Positions 27,213 through 40,322 of a stretch of 64,000 nt of DNA are shown in pieces. The translations under genes and the position numbers were made by a program. Position 1 is the stretch's first letter. Each line of letters opens with the position of its first letter. The notes beneath the pieces are model-generated. The model ran no database searches. It was not told where the DNA came from and saw nothing but the letters and a program-made list of their open reading frames with translations. This stretch comes from Eledone cirrhosa (lineage: Eukaryota), in assembly GCA_964016885.1 (NCBI GenBank), contig OZ024742.1, positions 197,098,001-197,162,000 of the forward strand. Reading direction: 5' to 3'.

Positions 27213-27714
27213 GGGATGGATGGTAGATAGATAGATAGTTAGATAGACAGACAGATAGATATTGAACATTAATCCCTTTATGTTTTGCAGCAAAGAGTTA
27301 CGGCCCTTTATGGTCTGAGTTCAATTCCCGCCGAGGTTAACTTTGCCTTTCATCCTTACAGGGTCGATAAAATAAAGTACCAGTAATACACTGGGATAAT
27401 TGCTGGCCTTGTGCCAAAAGTAGAAACAATTAATCCCCTTATGATCTGGTTCCTTGTATGCTAGTGCATATATTCCATGCTTAGGTACGACTGACTGTCG
27501 CTGCGTTAGTTATCTGATATACTGAAGTTTTGAAAGAAAGTCATGTTAGTGTAAAGTTAGAAAATGGAACTGGTTACTTGGTACACACGCAGAAGAGTAA
27601 TTTCCTTCAAACAAAATTTATTTTTTGGAGCATATAATTCATATTAATTATGAAGCAGGTCATTGTTTGGAGCAAACACTGTGGATGTTGTGATGTCCTC
27701 AACAAAACTAAAGA

Positions 27715-28173
27715 GCTCACTTCACCCTAAGTCGTCACAGTTTAATGGCTAGCCACTTAACAGAGTGTGCTAATTATCAGGCAGGTTTATATCACCACTG
27801 TTTGGAGCAATTTCCTTTCTCAAAAAAAAAAAAAAAAAATGGAAAGGTCAAAAGAAAAACTCTCTTGTAAAGTGCATAGAAAATGCTAACTATCAAATAA
27901 GGTTATGTCACCGCTGTTTGGAACAAATACCAAGAATCTCTTGTACAGAGGAAATAGAATGGAAACTGGAAGTTAATGAACCCATGTGTCTTCAAATTGA
28001 CTGGCGCAGACGTATACCTGCTCCAGGTGAAATTTAAGAAATTACCAACTGCAGCTGCAAGAATAGCTATTGTAGTCACGAACCAAACTTGGAAATATAA
28101 ATATCATCACAATCAAAGATGTTCAGATTGCCAGAATGTACTAGATGGAACTGCCATATCTGATTTCGACTAA
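27715..28173 (+). mobile_element. Decayed DNA transposon protein C-terminus, Academ-like (XPG/Cys-rich end)
   Basis: Two tandem ANYQ....CLEQ.P segments, then EWKL..LQIDW..PAPGEI*EITNCSCKNSYC..CSDCQN. Confidence 0.5.
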
Positions 28174-28209
28174 TTTGACATGCATGTTTAAATTACGTTA
28201 TTTAAATAC

Positions 28210-28302
28210 GTTGACTTTGCCTTTCATCCTTACGGGGTCGATAAAATAAAGTACCAGTAATGCACTGGATGTTTGCTGGCCTTGTGCCTAAAGTAGAAAC
28301 AG
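28210..28302 (+). mobile_element. 5'-truncated Meta-domain-type SINE with 13 bp TSD
   Basis: gttatttaaatac on both sides. Confidence 0.85.
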
Positions 28303-28345
28303 TTATTTAAATACAAAAATAAATTACCATAGACTGGTTTGGCGA

Positions 28346-28504
<159 letters not shown>

Positions 28505-28519
28505 AATATATATAAATAT

Positions 28520-28550
<31 letters not shown>

Positions 28551-28563
28551 AATATATATAAAT

Positions 28564-28594
<31 letters not shown>

Positions 28595-28660
28595 AATATA
28601 TAAATATATATAAATATATATATATATAAATATATATGTATATAAATATATATATATATA

Positions 28661-28692
<32 letters not shown>

Positions 28693-28723
28693 AATATATA
28701 TGTATATAAATATATATAAATAT

Positions 28724-28758
<35 letters not shown>

Positions 28759-29572
28759 AGCATGACGAATCGCCACCGACAAATGCGAGAAAGGTCTCCA
28801 GAAAGTTAACCAAGATTAAAAAAAACAAACTTTCCACTGAAGTTAACCAAGGATTTATTAGATCTACATAGCACAATTATAAAATTGTAAAATGAAACTC
28901 ATAGAATACCAACTTCAAGTGAAGGCATTCTTTTCCTTTTTTCATATATATATATATAGGGTGTTCCCCAAAAGTGTATACACACTTTGATTACCTGTAC
29001 AAGCAATATTTATTAGAAGGCTGTTGAAGTGTATATACGTGTTGGGACACTCTGTATATATGATTTAGATGAATTTGACACGCATGTTTAAATATCTTGA
29101 TATACGTTATTTAAATTCAAAAACTAAAATAGAATCATAACTGGAAATATAATATAACTAAAACATTACAAAATAACCATGCTGGTCATTTTGACCAATA
29201 TTCAATATACAGGAATTGATCAAAGACTTTCATGCTAAACATTACTACTATGTACTTTTATACTATTATTTCTGCAATAAGTAGAATAATTAAATCAAAA
29301 AGTTTGCAGGTCTTTTTTTCAGTCGATCTGTTTAATAAAATGTGTATAATAATTACTAAAACCACACACACACACACACATTATATATATATATGCACAC
29401 ATACATATCTCTCTCTCTCCCTCTCTCTCTCTCTTTCTCTCTCTCTGTATATACAGGGTGTCCAAAAATGTATACACACATTAACAGCGTTCTAATAAAT
29501 ATTACCTGTACAGGTAAGCACAGTGTGTATACATTTTTACATTTTTTGGCACAGCCTACATATATATATATA

Positions 29573-30223
29573 TGTCGAATTTTGTTTATCGTGAACTCGT
29601 GCGCCGATTTTTCGATACTCGATTATTCTACTATATTTAGCTCTAGACTTAGCTATTGACCAGTTAATTTTATTGTTCATTTTTTGTCGATTCTATTAAA
29701 TGATGAATAGCTCCTGTTTATTTTAACATGTCTATTGAGCACTCTTATTCGATATGTGATTTCCCACATTCCCGAATATCTTTCGCGGATATAGAGGTTA
29801 TCTCCCTTGCTTGATACCATGTGCGTCTCAACTAGGGTTGGCTTTTTTATTCGTTTGGACAAAGCCCGTTGATAAAGTATTCCCGTCCGCCGCTCTCTAG
29901 AAGTCTTATATATTTTTATGTGGGCTGATAGGGGGCGGTTTAAGGAATTACAGAAACCCAAGAAGCTAGATTTACCATCTTTCTAGTGGGTCCGGGTAAG
30001 CTTTTTACATTCATATGATTTATTGATATTTTATCTGAGTGACCCGAATCTTCCTGATCGTAATTTTTCGGTCGTATGGGTGATTTTAGACATAATCTTT
30101 GTGTGTTGGTATTTTAACGATAGTTATAGCTCTGATTTATCTGAATTATTGAGCCCTCTGCCACTCATGTCGAATTTTGTTTATCGTGAACTCGTGCGCC
30201 GATTTTTCGATACTCGATTATTC

Positions 30224-30230
<7 letters not shown>
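29573..30230 (+). mobile_element. Element of about 650 bp with 60 bp terminal direct repeats between (TA)n; probable PLE partial-tandem remnant
   Basis: atgtcgaattttgtttatcgtgaactcgtgcgccgatttttcgatactcgattattctactata, identical at 29573 and 30167. Confidence 0.6.
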
Positions 30231-30272
<42 letters not shown>

Positions 30273-30273
<1 letters not shown>

Positions 30274-30460
30274 ATTGTTTCTACTTTTGGCACAAGGCCA
30301 GCAATTACCCAGTGCATTACTGGTACTTTATTTTACGACCCCGTAAGGATGAAAGGCAAAGTCAACCTCGGCGGGATTTGAACTCAGATCGTAAAGGGAC
30401 GTAACTATACTGGAAAGCATAGCGTCCGACCCTCTACCGATACTGCCAATCCACCGCCCT
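30273..30460 (-). mobile_element. Young full-length Meta-domain-type SINE, short tail
   Basis: Head gggcggtggattggcagtatcggtagag, B box gagttcaaatcc. Confidence 0.9.
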
Positions 30461-30623
30461 TGACATGCATGTTTAAATATCTTGATTTACGTTATTTATA
30501 TATATAATAATAATAATAAGGAGTTGTATCTCAGCGTACTCAATAGGTAATGTAGGATACATTCCCAGAGTATACACATAGTTATTCGCTTCAATACAAC
30601 ATGTAAACGGGTGCCTATAGTAG

Positions 30624-30738
30624 TTCCTGGACTCGAGTTTCGGTCACACTTAATGAAGCAGTAGGGTGCACTGCACCCTCTGTCTGCATATATTATGCAA
30701 CAATGCATAATCGGCGAATGTGGCTTCATCAGCGGGTA
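30624..30738 (-). ncRNA. Hammerhead motif with about 85 nt branched stem II in a PLE terminus
   Basis: Minus strand: tacccg-CTGATGA-agccac..gtgacc-GAAA-CTCGAG-TC-caggaa; palindromic stem III, GUC site; TATTGAGTAC downstream at 30536-30545. Confidence 0.6.
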
Positions 30739-30772
30739 TCGCCTAATCAATAACCAATCGATCGACAGAATC

Positions 30773-30837
<65 letters not shown>

Positions 30838-30839
<2 letters not shown>

Positions 30840-30919
30840 CTATTACCCACTCTACTACCCTAAGTATTGAGTACTTTGGTGCGTTATAGTCCACCTGGTT
30901 CCTTACCACATTTCCTTCG

Positions 30920-30921
<2 letters not shown>
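30838..30921 (+). mobile_element. Solo PLE terminal fragment inside (TA)n
   Basis: About 85 bp nearly identical to 37467-37552, includes TATTGAGTAC. Confidence 0.8.
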
Positions 30922-30961
<40 letters not shown>

Positions 30962-31093
30962 GGTGTTAAAGTTTGCTTGAAGCATTTGTTTTGTTTTCAT
31001 TTTCGTTTCTCTCAATTTTCACTTTTCTCCTATTTCTCATTCACTTCCTACCTCGAGATTTCCCATCTGCATTATTGTGGCTTTCTAAACTAC

Positions 31094-31255
<162 letters not shown>

Positions 31256-31259
31256 GTAC

Positions 31260-31291
<32 letters not shown>

Positions 31292-31320
31292 ACACATACG
31301 CGCACACTCACTCACACACA

Positions 31321-31382
<62 letters not shown>

Positions 31383-34300
31383 AAAACAGTTTATGTTATT
31401 TTAAGGTTTTTCCATCATACCTAGAAATATGGCCCAATCGCTGTTAAGTCGATAAATTGTTTCCAGCTGTCATTCCCGCCGAGGTTTACTTTGCCTTTCA
31501 TCCTTACGGGGTCGATAAAATAAAGTACCAGTAATGTACTGGGATAATTGCTGGCCTTGTGCCAAAAGTAGAAACAATTATAAGATGTAATAAATTGTTT
31601 TTCTCCGAAGGTACAACATGCATTCTACTGAAATTTGATTACCATTAGGAAATTTTTGGTAATAAGTTGTTGTTTGTAGACGCCACTAAATTGATCATCA
31701 ACCACATAATACGCAATATCGATTGGTTAATCACTTTATCAAGTAATAACAGAATCATGCCGATTGGCTAGCCAATCCAAACCAACGAAATCAGTTTTGA
31801 AAAATGTGTAACATTAAAAAAATTATCATATAAAAATTAAATTGCTCTCAGATTTGTGGCAAGAAAATCAAAAGCTAATCACATACATGGACTATACTGT
31901 ATGTTCTATGGCAGGTATCAAAAACATGACCGACAAACTACTTTTCTATGCCCTGCGGCATAACAAAGGAAAATTTGAAACGGAGAATTTGTTCCCCTAT
32001 AATTCGCACATCCCACTTATTAACACTCCTGGACTGGATGCCAGTCGTTCTCAGGGTCAAACCCCCAGCTATTGCTGGTACTCATTTTCAGCTGAGTATA
32101 CTGGAGCAACGTGAAATGAAGTGTTTTGCTCAAGAACACAACACGCAACCCAACCCAGGAATCGAACCCACGACATTATGATCATAAGTAACTCCCTTAC
32201 CACCAAGCCACGCGCCTCCAAATACTAACATATGCGTATTCATTTGTTCTGGTATGACTTGAACGCGCGATCGAAGACATTGGCTAAATTTAAATGGACT
32301 CTATAGCAGAAGTATGTCAATTTTAAACGCTGTACTTGAGACCACTGTGAACACAATATGACCGATTAAAAAGTTCGCTTCGCAATCATTATGGCTTTGA
32401 TACCATCTTGGGCAAGTGCCTGTTACTATAGCCTTGTGTTGACTCATATGTTGCCCGTGACATCGAGTAGAAAAAAAACTGTTTCAAAGGCCATTGGATG
32501 GGCTGTACCTGTAATTTAAAGGGATCAGCCTTTTCACATATTGTGTCATGATGAATTTTCCTGAGAACTACGTTATGGGATACTCATGTCTGTGGAATTC
32601 TGAACAACATACACTATAAAAGATGGACTGTACCTGTAATTCAAAGGGCCAGCCTTGTCACACACTGTGTCACTGAATCTCCTTGAGAACTACGTTAATG
32701 GTAGACATGTCTGTTGATTGCTTAGCCACTTACACGATCATTTCATAAGTAGGCTGTTTCATTGATTAAACAACTGGAACACTCATCGTCGAAATCGATG
32801 AAGGCCCATCGATGTATTCTGATGTAGACTGTTAGAAAAAATAGACTCTACATTTCTCCATTCTATACTATATTTCAATATTGTTGTTGGCTTTTAGCCT
32901 CAATTAAACACCGATCGAACTGATCCTTTACCAAATGAATAACATTCCAGATATGACCATCCTGTTATGTTACATGTACATTTAACTACAACATCTAAGG
33001 TGTCCTTATTTATGACCGTGGCTGTCATTTTCAGCAGGTTGAGGGCCACATAGAGGTTCATGTATTCGTTTCAGTATTATGCTTTATATTTTTCTCCGTG
33101 TGTGTATGTGAATCTATTGGCAGGATGAGAGTGAAAAAATAACATTTATGGCTATAGTGTGTATTTCGATTGCCATAGAATAGATAATTTTACTTTCAGA
33201 GACCTAAGCTAGTAGCCCACTTGTGATATCTGTTAAAGTAATTTTAGTTGCACGACGAAACTAAAATTTTAAGAAAGACAACGACTTCCTGTTTCCCTTA
33301 CCGATATGAAATAGTTTTAACGCCTATATAATAAACACTTATTTTCTTAAATAAGGAAGCTTTTGCATGATCGTTTTATCTACTGGAAATAACAGTCAAA
33401 TCCCTTTTAAATCAAATACCACAGTTATAAACAGAGACATAACACGTTGAATGATGTAGTTCTGGATCACTGGGTCCGAAACGAAAAGACAGGATTGTCA
33501 CTAGTGGAACGCTTTGATCATAGATCTGCTCAGTCAGAGCTCAGTTGTGACCAAACAAGAAATACTATTTTAGTTTAGAAGAAGGGGATATCGTCCTTAG
33601 AAAGTTTCAGCTTCACATCCTGCTGCTGTATTGGACTTCCACTTTGATATATTGCTGACAGTTAAATAGTGGAAACAGTTTAGTAAGAATTTCCTCTCCC
33701 GCTATAAACACATTGACAGAATATGCACTTCAAATAAGAGGTCTACACCTAATTCAGTAGAATTATAATCGTTATTTTTCTATTATTATTTTATTCGGGA
33801 GATTGACAGAATCGATAGAACGTCGGACAGCATGCTTTGTTACCACTCTCTACGTTCTGAGTTCAAATCCCGCCGAGGTTCGCTTTACCTTTCATCCTAA
33901 TGGGGTCAATAAAATAAAGCACCAGTAACGCACTGGGGTCGATTTAATCGACTTTCTCCTCTCCCCAAATTGCTGGCCTTGTGTCTAAAGAAGCAATCAC
34001 TATTACTATGTATTTCTCTTACTGATTTTCAGTAGGTTAAAGTGACCGCCACTAAACCGGTTTCAATGTTCACTACAATGTCCAAATTTTCATATTTATC
34101 AGGCAATAGAAAAGAGATGCAATAGCACATTCTTGTTAACCGGTTCTTCTGGTAAACTCTAACATATATTGGCTAATAATTTTCTAAAGTGTATCCAATT
34201 TCTTGCTGGATTTTTTTAAAAATATCTTGTGAGATAAATTTCTTTTCCGTTTTATCTATCAATCTATCTATCTATCTATCTATATTAATGTTAAAGCATA

Positions 34301-34856
34301 CCATTTTTACTCGATTGTATGTAAACTCCCCCTTTGTATTTGTCCCTTCTTTTTATGCCTTTATGGTAAATAAAGAAATATATATTAATGTTGAAGTTAT
34401 ATGATTTTTATATAAAATCCCCGCCGTCACGTCTTGTAATGTCCCATTTTTGTACGCCCCTGTGGCAAATAAAGCAAGATATCTATCTATATATTTGTTG
34501 CTGTTGTTGTTATTATTTGCGTGTGGTTGCAGTTGTATGACACTAAAGGACTATTGAAATCCACTTGAAAACTTATGTAGTGAATGTATGTATGTATGTA
34601 GTGAATGTATGAGTGTATGCATGTATGCATGTGTGCGTGTGCGCGTATACTGGGTATATTTCTTTACATACTTGTATTGACTTTAGTTGATGGGAATATA
34701 AGGTAAAGTCAGTGTGTCAATTGTTTTAGACTTGCTATGTGATATAATGTAGTTATGTTTATTGATGTTTCTTAAATTACCGTGGCATCGTCTCTGTTGT
34801 GAAATTCTAGGTTGTAACATAAATACAAATTAATTAACAAAATGTTCTACAACTAG

Positions 34857-35087
34857 AGGGCGGTAGTAGATTGGCAGTATTGGTAGAGCATCGAAAAACT
34901 TGTTTTATGGCATAGAGTCACGGCCCTATAGGATCTGAGTTCAAATCCTAACGAGGTTAGCTTTGCCTTTCATCCTTACGGGGTTGATAAAATAAAGTAC
35001 CAGTAATGCACTGGGGTCGATTTACTCGACTTTCCCCTACCCCCAAATCATTGGCCTTGTGCCTAAATCACTAAATCAGAAACCAAT
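34857..35087 (+). mobile_element. Full-length Meta-domain-type SINE with TSD
   Basis: atgttctacaact duplicated on both flanks; similar copies at 27290-27432, 31470-31580 and 33797-33995. Confidence 0.9.
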
Positions 35088-35418
35088 ATGTTCTACAACT
35101 GGTACTGGTAAAAATAATAGATAAGAATATGAATATTATTCTAATGAATTGCAATCATTAGAGGAATTCGTGGAATTAAATTCTTAAGCAGACTAGGAGG
35201 AGTACGAGCTATTATCACATAACTCTTGGGTGGTTATGTTAGTGAGATGGACTAGTTAACATGTAGTTCAAATAGTTGTAATTTGTTATTTTAAGATATG
35301 AGCGTAGAAACAATCCCAAATGTTTGCAGCTCTTGAAAAGAACTTTAAACATAAAATACAGTATTGATATTTACCCTTTTCATACTAATTAGCTCAAAAC
35401 CACTTCTGGCTCTATATA

Positions 35419-35695
35419 CCAAAATCATCTCTGATTCTATCAAACAAAATCACCTCTGATTCTATCAAACAAAATCATCTCTGATTCTATCAAACAAAAT
35501 CACCTCTGATTCTATCAAACAAAATCACCTCTGATTCTATCAAACAAAATCACCTCTGGTTCTCTATCAAACAAAATCACCTCTGATTCCATGAAACAAA
35601 ATCACCCCTGGTTCTATGTAACAAAATCACCTCTGATTCTATCAAACAAAATCACCTCTGATTCTATCAAACAAAATCACCTCTGGTTCTATGTA
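35419..35695. repeat. 25 bp minisatellite, about 11 copies
   Basis: Unit ctgattctatcaaacaaaatcacct. Confidence 0.95.
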
Positions 35696-35754
35696 AAAAA
35701 AAACCCCATATTTCATAATTAAAATCTTTCAACATAATTTTGTATAAGAACCAT

Positions 35755-36170
35755 ATGTTCAGCGATTCTTTCCTGAGGCATTTTAACCACACACCCATGG
35801 TATCGGAGCTGGGATTTTCACTTCGAAGAAGTAGTGGCTCTACCGGGAGCGACTCTCTGATCTCCGAGTTACGCTCTCTATCAACTAACGTTACTCCAAA
35901 GACCCTATTCTTTTGGTTATTACTCAAGATTGAGAACCAGGGACCCCTAGCAATATGGTCGGATAAAATCCATGAGCTTCGCTGGTCAAGCTTGGGGATC
36001 CAGTCGGATCAGTTGGAGAAGGTTGCTTCTGACAGGACCCACTTGAAGGAGTGTTTGGAGACTCTACCCCCACGACCTTCTCAGGATTATGAGGGCGAAG
36101 CAGAAGCAGAAGAAGAAGAAGAAGAAGAAGAAGAAGAAGAAGAAGAAGAAGAAGAAGAAGAAGAAGAAGA
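35755..36170. mobile_element. RTE LINE 3' fragment with 5' inversion and (GAA)n tail
   Basis: Minus strand RVFGVTLVDRERNSEIRESLPVEPLLLR joined to plus strand WSDKIHELRWSSLGI..LEKVASDR..LPPRP. Confidence 0.8.
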
Positions 36171-36952
36171 ACCATATCTTAATTCAATATGGATGGAATG
36201 GTTCCGTAACTCTTGGGAGAGTCGTAGGGGTATCGTAATGACACACTACGTTTCTTGGTCATTTAAAACCAGAGAAGGGCAGAAGGTGAGGGAATGGAAG
36301 CGAGGAAGAGACACAGAGGAAGAATCGACCTCATTACTTAACTGGTACTTTTTTTTATCGATCTAGAATGAATGAAAGGCAAGGTTGACCTCAGCGGGAT
36401 TTGAATGCAGAGAGCAGAGAACCGTAACAAATGCAGTAACGCATTCTATCCGACGAAATAACGACTCTGCCTAATTTCATATATTAGTAATGAAATAATA
36501 ATTTTTGGAAATTCTTCAAAATTCTTCATCAATTAATTGAAATATTGTGTATTTCATTAGATATACAGTTATGAAAGGATTAAGGGGAACATCAATATTG
36601 CGATGGATATGTTTATGTGGAGTTGTATTGATGATAAGTTAGAATAGTGAAAAGCAATAGCGCTCATAGTGCAGGAACAGAGCCCAACATGATGGGCAGT
36701 TCTGGATCGTTTATTTGTTCTTTAAGTTAGATAATGTAATCAAGAGTTATATAAAAAGGAAATTCATTTTATACATGGAGGAAATATCCAGGGATGTGCT
36801 GTATCTAAGACTATCATAACACCAATAACATACGTTTGACTTTGAGAACAAGGTTCAAGCTCGTTGATGCAGCGTTTGTTATTGTTACATATTTACAAGA
36901 AATCCCCATATGTAATAGATATAACAGTACTCTTTCTCTCTCTCACACACAC

Positions 36953-36988
<36 letters not shown>

Positions 36989-36993
36989 ACACG

Positions 36994-37107
<114 letters not shown>

Positions 37108-37173
37108 TATATACATATAAACAAATCTTATGAATGATCAAAGTGGTGGATAATTTGAAATTTGAAAATGGGG

Positions 37174-37398
37174 AATCCCAAACGCAGAAAATACTTGTAA
37201 CAACAGTCGATCGCTATGAATACAATAGCTTAGAAATTTGTATAAATTAGACATACAGATGGAAAAAGGAGTAACCGGTAGCTCTACTAGTCCTACTGGC
37301 CACTTCGTTTTCCATCTCCGGGTAATTTATTAAATTTTCTAAGCTATTATATTTATAACGATCGACTGTTGTTACTATTATTTTCTGCGTTTGGGATT
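37174..37398. repeat. Diverged foldback inverted repeat, probable PLE tail
   Basis: aatcccaaacgcagaaaata..caacagtcgatcg mirrored by cgatcgactgttg..tattttctgcgtttgggatt; inner hairpin at 37258-37316. Confidence 0.85.
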
Positions 37399-37419
37399 TT
37401 ATATATATATTTAGTCCAG

Positions 37420-37553
37420 AATTAGCCGTCGAAACGGCTTGAGCTCAGCCGTCGGGGTCCTACTCGTTCCTATTACCCACTCTACTACCCTAAGTATTGA
37501 GTACTTTGGTGCGTTATGGTCCACCTGGTTCCTTACCACATTTCCTTCGTTAT
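37420..37553 (+). mobile_element. PLE terminus with hammerhead 3' half
   Basis: GAAA-CGGCT-tgagctc-AGCCG-TC-gggg, then TATTGAGTAC at 37495, then (TA)n. Confidence 0.7.
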
Positions 37554-37771
37554 ATATATATATATATATTCAACCTGTTAGTTCTATCGTTACTTTGGTA
37601 TATTGTGTGTTAGATTTTGCCTACCACAACGTTCGATTTGTCAACCTATTTAAACGTATGTTATTACTCTAAGGACCTACCTTATCGAGTGCTTTGCTAA
37701 CTCATCATTTCATATAGTAGGCCGGATTTGCTTGCAAACCGCCAGATATTCGATTTTACTAAGTATCCAAT

Positions 37772-37804
<33 letters not shown>

Positions 37805-37909
37805 TATATATATATACAGAGGTTATATTTAATTTGTTGGGAATCAACAAGCTTAAAATTTTTTATAACTGACATAAAGCACTCAACAGTTTAGTGGAGT
37901 AAATACACA

Positions 37910-38197
37910 ATATATTAATAAATGGAAACTATATTTATAAAACGATATTTATTTTATTATATATATTTCAAGGGCAACCAAGGCAAATTATGGTGCGTTT
38001 TCATCAGATAAAATACAGATTTGTTTTATAAATAAATATTGACATACCCGGAAAAAAAGACAACCTTAACGGTTGGAGCTTCCCCCAGGAAGCTCCAACC
38101 GTTAAGGTTGTCTTTTTTTTCCGGGTCTTTTTTTTCTTGAAATATATATAATAAAATAAATATGGTTTTATAAATATAGTTTCCATTTATTAATATT
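37910..38197. mobile_element. Foldback PLE tail with internal 35 bp hairpin
   Basis: Outer arms atattaataaatggaaac..tttcaag / cttgaaa..gtttccatttattaatat; inner acccggaaaaaaagacaaccttaacggttggagcttcc hairpin at 38046-38126. Confidence 0.85.
37950..38015 (-). ncRNA. Type I hammerhead motif, core intact, stem II degraded
   Basis: Minus strand: tattttat-CTGATGA-aaacgcacc..ggttgccctt-GAAA-tatata-TA-ataaaata. Confidence 0.65.
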
Positions 38198-38200
38198 TTG

Positions 38201-38231
<31 letters not shown>

Positions 38232-38509
38232 ATTTAAATATACATATATGTATGTGTATGTATGTATATGAGAGGTAAACAGAAAAACAACAAAGCAAAC
38301 TATACAATACAATGAAAATAGATATTAGTTTAACGCTTAATATAGTAGGGAAAAGGCTTAACATTTCGGACGCTAGTCTTTCATCAGAAAATAGAATGAG
38401 AAATAAAAGAAGAAATAGAAAAAAAGCACGTGTGTGTTTAGTCAGCCATTTTGAAGAGAACATACATACATATATATACACCCACATATATACATATGTA
38501 TGTATCTAA

Positions 38510-38828
38510 TAAGTTGATAAATATCAGAAGTTGAAGGAAATCAAGAAACTATGGAGAAGTGGTACCGATTGTGGTTGGTGCACTTGGAGCAGTTAGTAGA
38601 AGGTTGGATGCATGGCATGAGAAGCTAGGAATTACCATCAGGCAGGACAGGGTTGCTGAAGAAAACAGCCTTGCTAGGAACAGCAAGGATTGTAAGGAGA
38701 GTGTTAGAAGGTTGAAGGAGAATGAATGACCCAAAGGACCTTTGGCCATTGGCTATGGCTCGTTCCTTTGGTATAGTGTCGGTATAGTATCTACGAAAGC
38801 AAACACATTATGAATGATAATAATATAA
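38510..38828 (+). mobile_element. R4/Dong-like RLE retrotransposon 3' end
   Basis: KVDKYQKLKEIKKLW..VVPIVVGALGAV..LKKTALLGTARIVRRVL; (TAA)n tail. Confidence 0.85.
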
Positions 38829-39170
38829 TAATTGTTTCTACTTTTGGCACAAGGCTAGCAATTATCCCAGTGTATTACTGGTACTTTATTTTATCGACCT
38901 CGTAAAGATGAAAGGCAAAGTTAACCTCGGCGGGATTTGAACTCAGATCATAAAGGGCTGTAACTCTTTGCTGCAAAGCATGGCGTCCGACCCTCTACCG
39001 ATAATAATATAATAATGATAATAATAATGATAATGATTTCTACTATAGGCACAAGGCCAGAAATGTTTTTGTGGGGGAGGGAAAAGTCGATTAAATCAAC
39101 CCCAGTGTGTTACTGGTACTTTATGCTATCGACCCCGTAAGGATGAAAGGCAAAGCTAACTTAGGCGGGA
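38829..39170 (-). mobile_element. Two Meta-domain-type SINEs, short tail
   Basis: Core ggatgaaaggcaaag and tail ggcacaagg in both. Confidence 0.85.
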
Positions 39171-39289
39171 TAGCTTTAATTTAATAATAACCCCAAAAAG
39201 TTAATTAGGGTTGTCGAAGAGGAAAGTTCTTGTCTTTAACCTTTTCAGGCGCGTGTATTACATGAGCTTTTTCAATAATACAACCATCA

Positions 39290-39790
39290 CCCAGATTAGG
39301 TAACAAGAGGCGAGAGTGTGACAATCCTACAGGATTTCCCTATGAGCACCGACAGAACAATCAAGGCCAGGAGACCCGATAAAATTGTGAAAGACCATAA
39401 AGAGAAAACGTGTTTCTTAATTGACATGAGCATTCCATCTGATCGTGACATCTGGAAAGAGTATGGAAAGATCTATTAGTAGAAATTGAGAGAATGTGAC
39501 ATCTTAAAGCCTGTACAACACCAATAATAGTTGGTGCACTTGGAATGTTAAAAAAGGGAACTGAAAAATATTTGGACCAGGCACCTGGAAAGAATACAGA
39601 AAATAGTTCTGACTGACACTATCCATGTCCTGAGAAGAGCATTATCAAATTAAAGACCTTGCAAAGACATTTACTGTTATTTATGCCCTTGCGGCATAAT
39701 TTTTATGACAATTGATTATAGAATATGTGTATTAGAAAATGTTGCCTCAGATGTCAGGTTGACACTTGGTATGATATGGTATGGTATGAT
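39290..39790 (+). mobile_element. R4/Dong-like RLE endonuclease domain fragment
   Basis: VTILQDFPMSTDRTIKARRPDKIVKD..CFLIDMSIPSD..DLLVEIERM..PIIVGALG..IQKIVL..HVLRRAL (PD..D..K fold pattern). Confidence 0.88.
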
Positions 39791-39818
39791 ATGAAACAGA
39801 ATTCAAAATAAGTTTCAA

Positions 39819-40322
39819 ATAATTGTTTCTACTTTAGGCACAAGGCCAGCAATTACCCAGTGCAAATAAGTTTCAAATAATTGTTTCTACTTTAGGCACA
39901 AGGCCAGCAATTACCCAGTGCATTACTGGTACTTTATTTTATCGACCCCGTAAGGATGTAAGGCAAAGTCAACCTCGGCGGGATTTGAACTCAGATCGTA
40001 AAGGGACGTAACTATGCTGGAAAGCATGGCGTCCGACCCTCTACCGATGCTGCCAATCCACCGTCCTTCGCAAATAAGTTTCAAATAATGGTGTCTTATA
40101 TGTTTCAATTATTATATAAGTTTCAAATTATGGTGTCACATGGCCAGCAATTTTGGGGGAGAGAAAGTCGATTTAATCGACCTCAGTGCGTGACTGATAC
40201 TTTATTTCATTGACCCCGTAAGCTACCCTCGGCGGGATTTGAACTCAGAACGTAAAGAGCCGTAACTATATGCTGTAAAGCGTTTTGTCCGACGCTCTAC
40301 CGATACTGCCAATACACCGCCT
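39819..40322 (-). mobile_element. Stack of three Meta-domain-type SINE insertions
   Basis: 45 bp stub, full copy 39879-40068 and older copy 40130-40322, separated by repeated ataagtttcaaat. Confidence 0.9.

Noticed and set aside
31852-31898. Candidate micro-exon ctctcag..gtatgt
   Set aside because: Splice-like dinucleotides are expected by chance; no partner exons or homology
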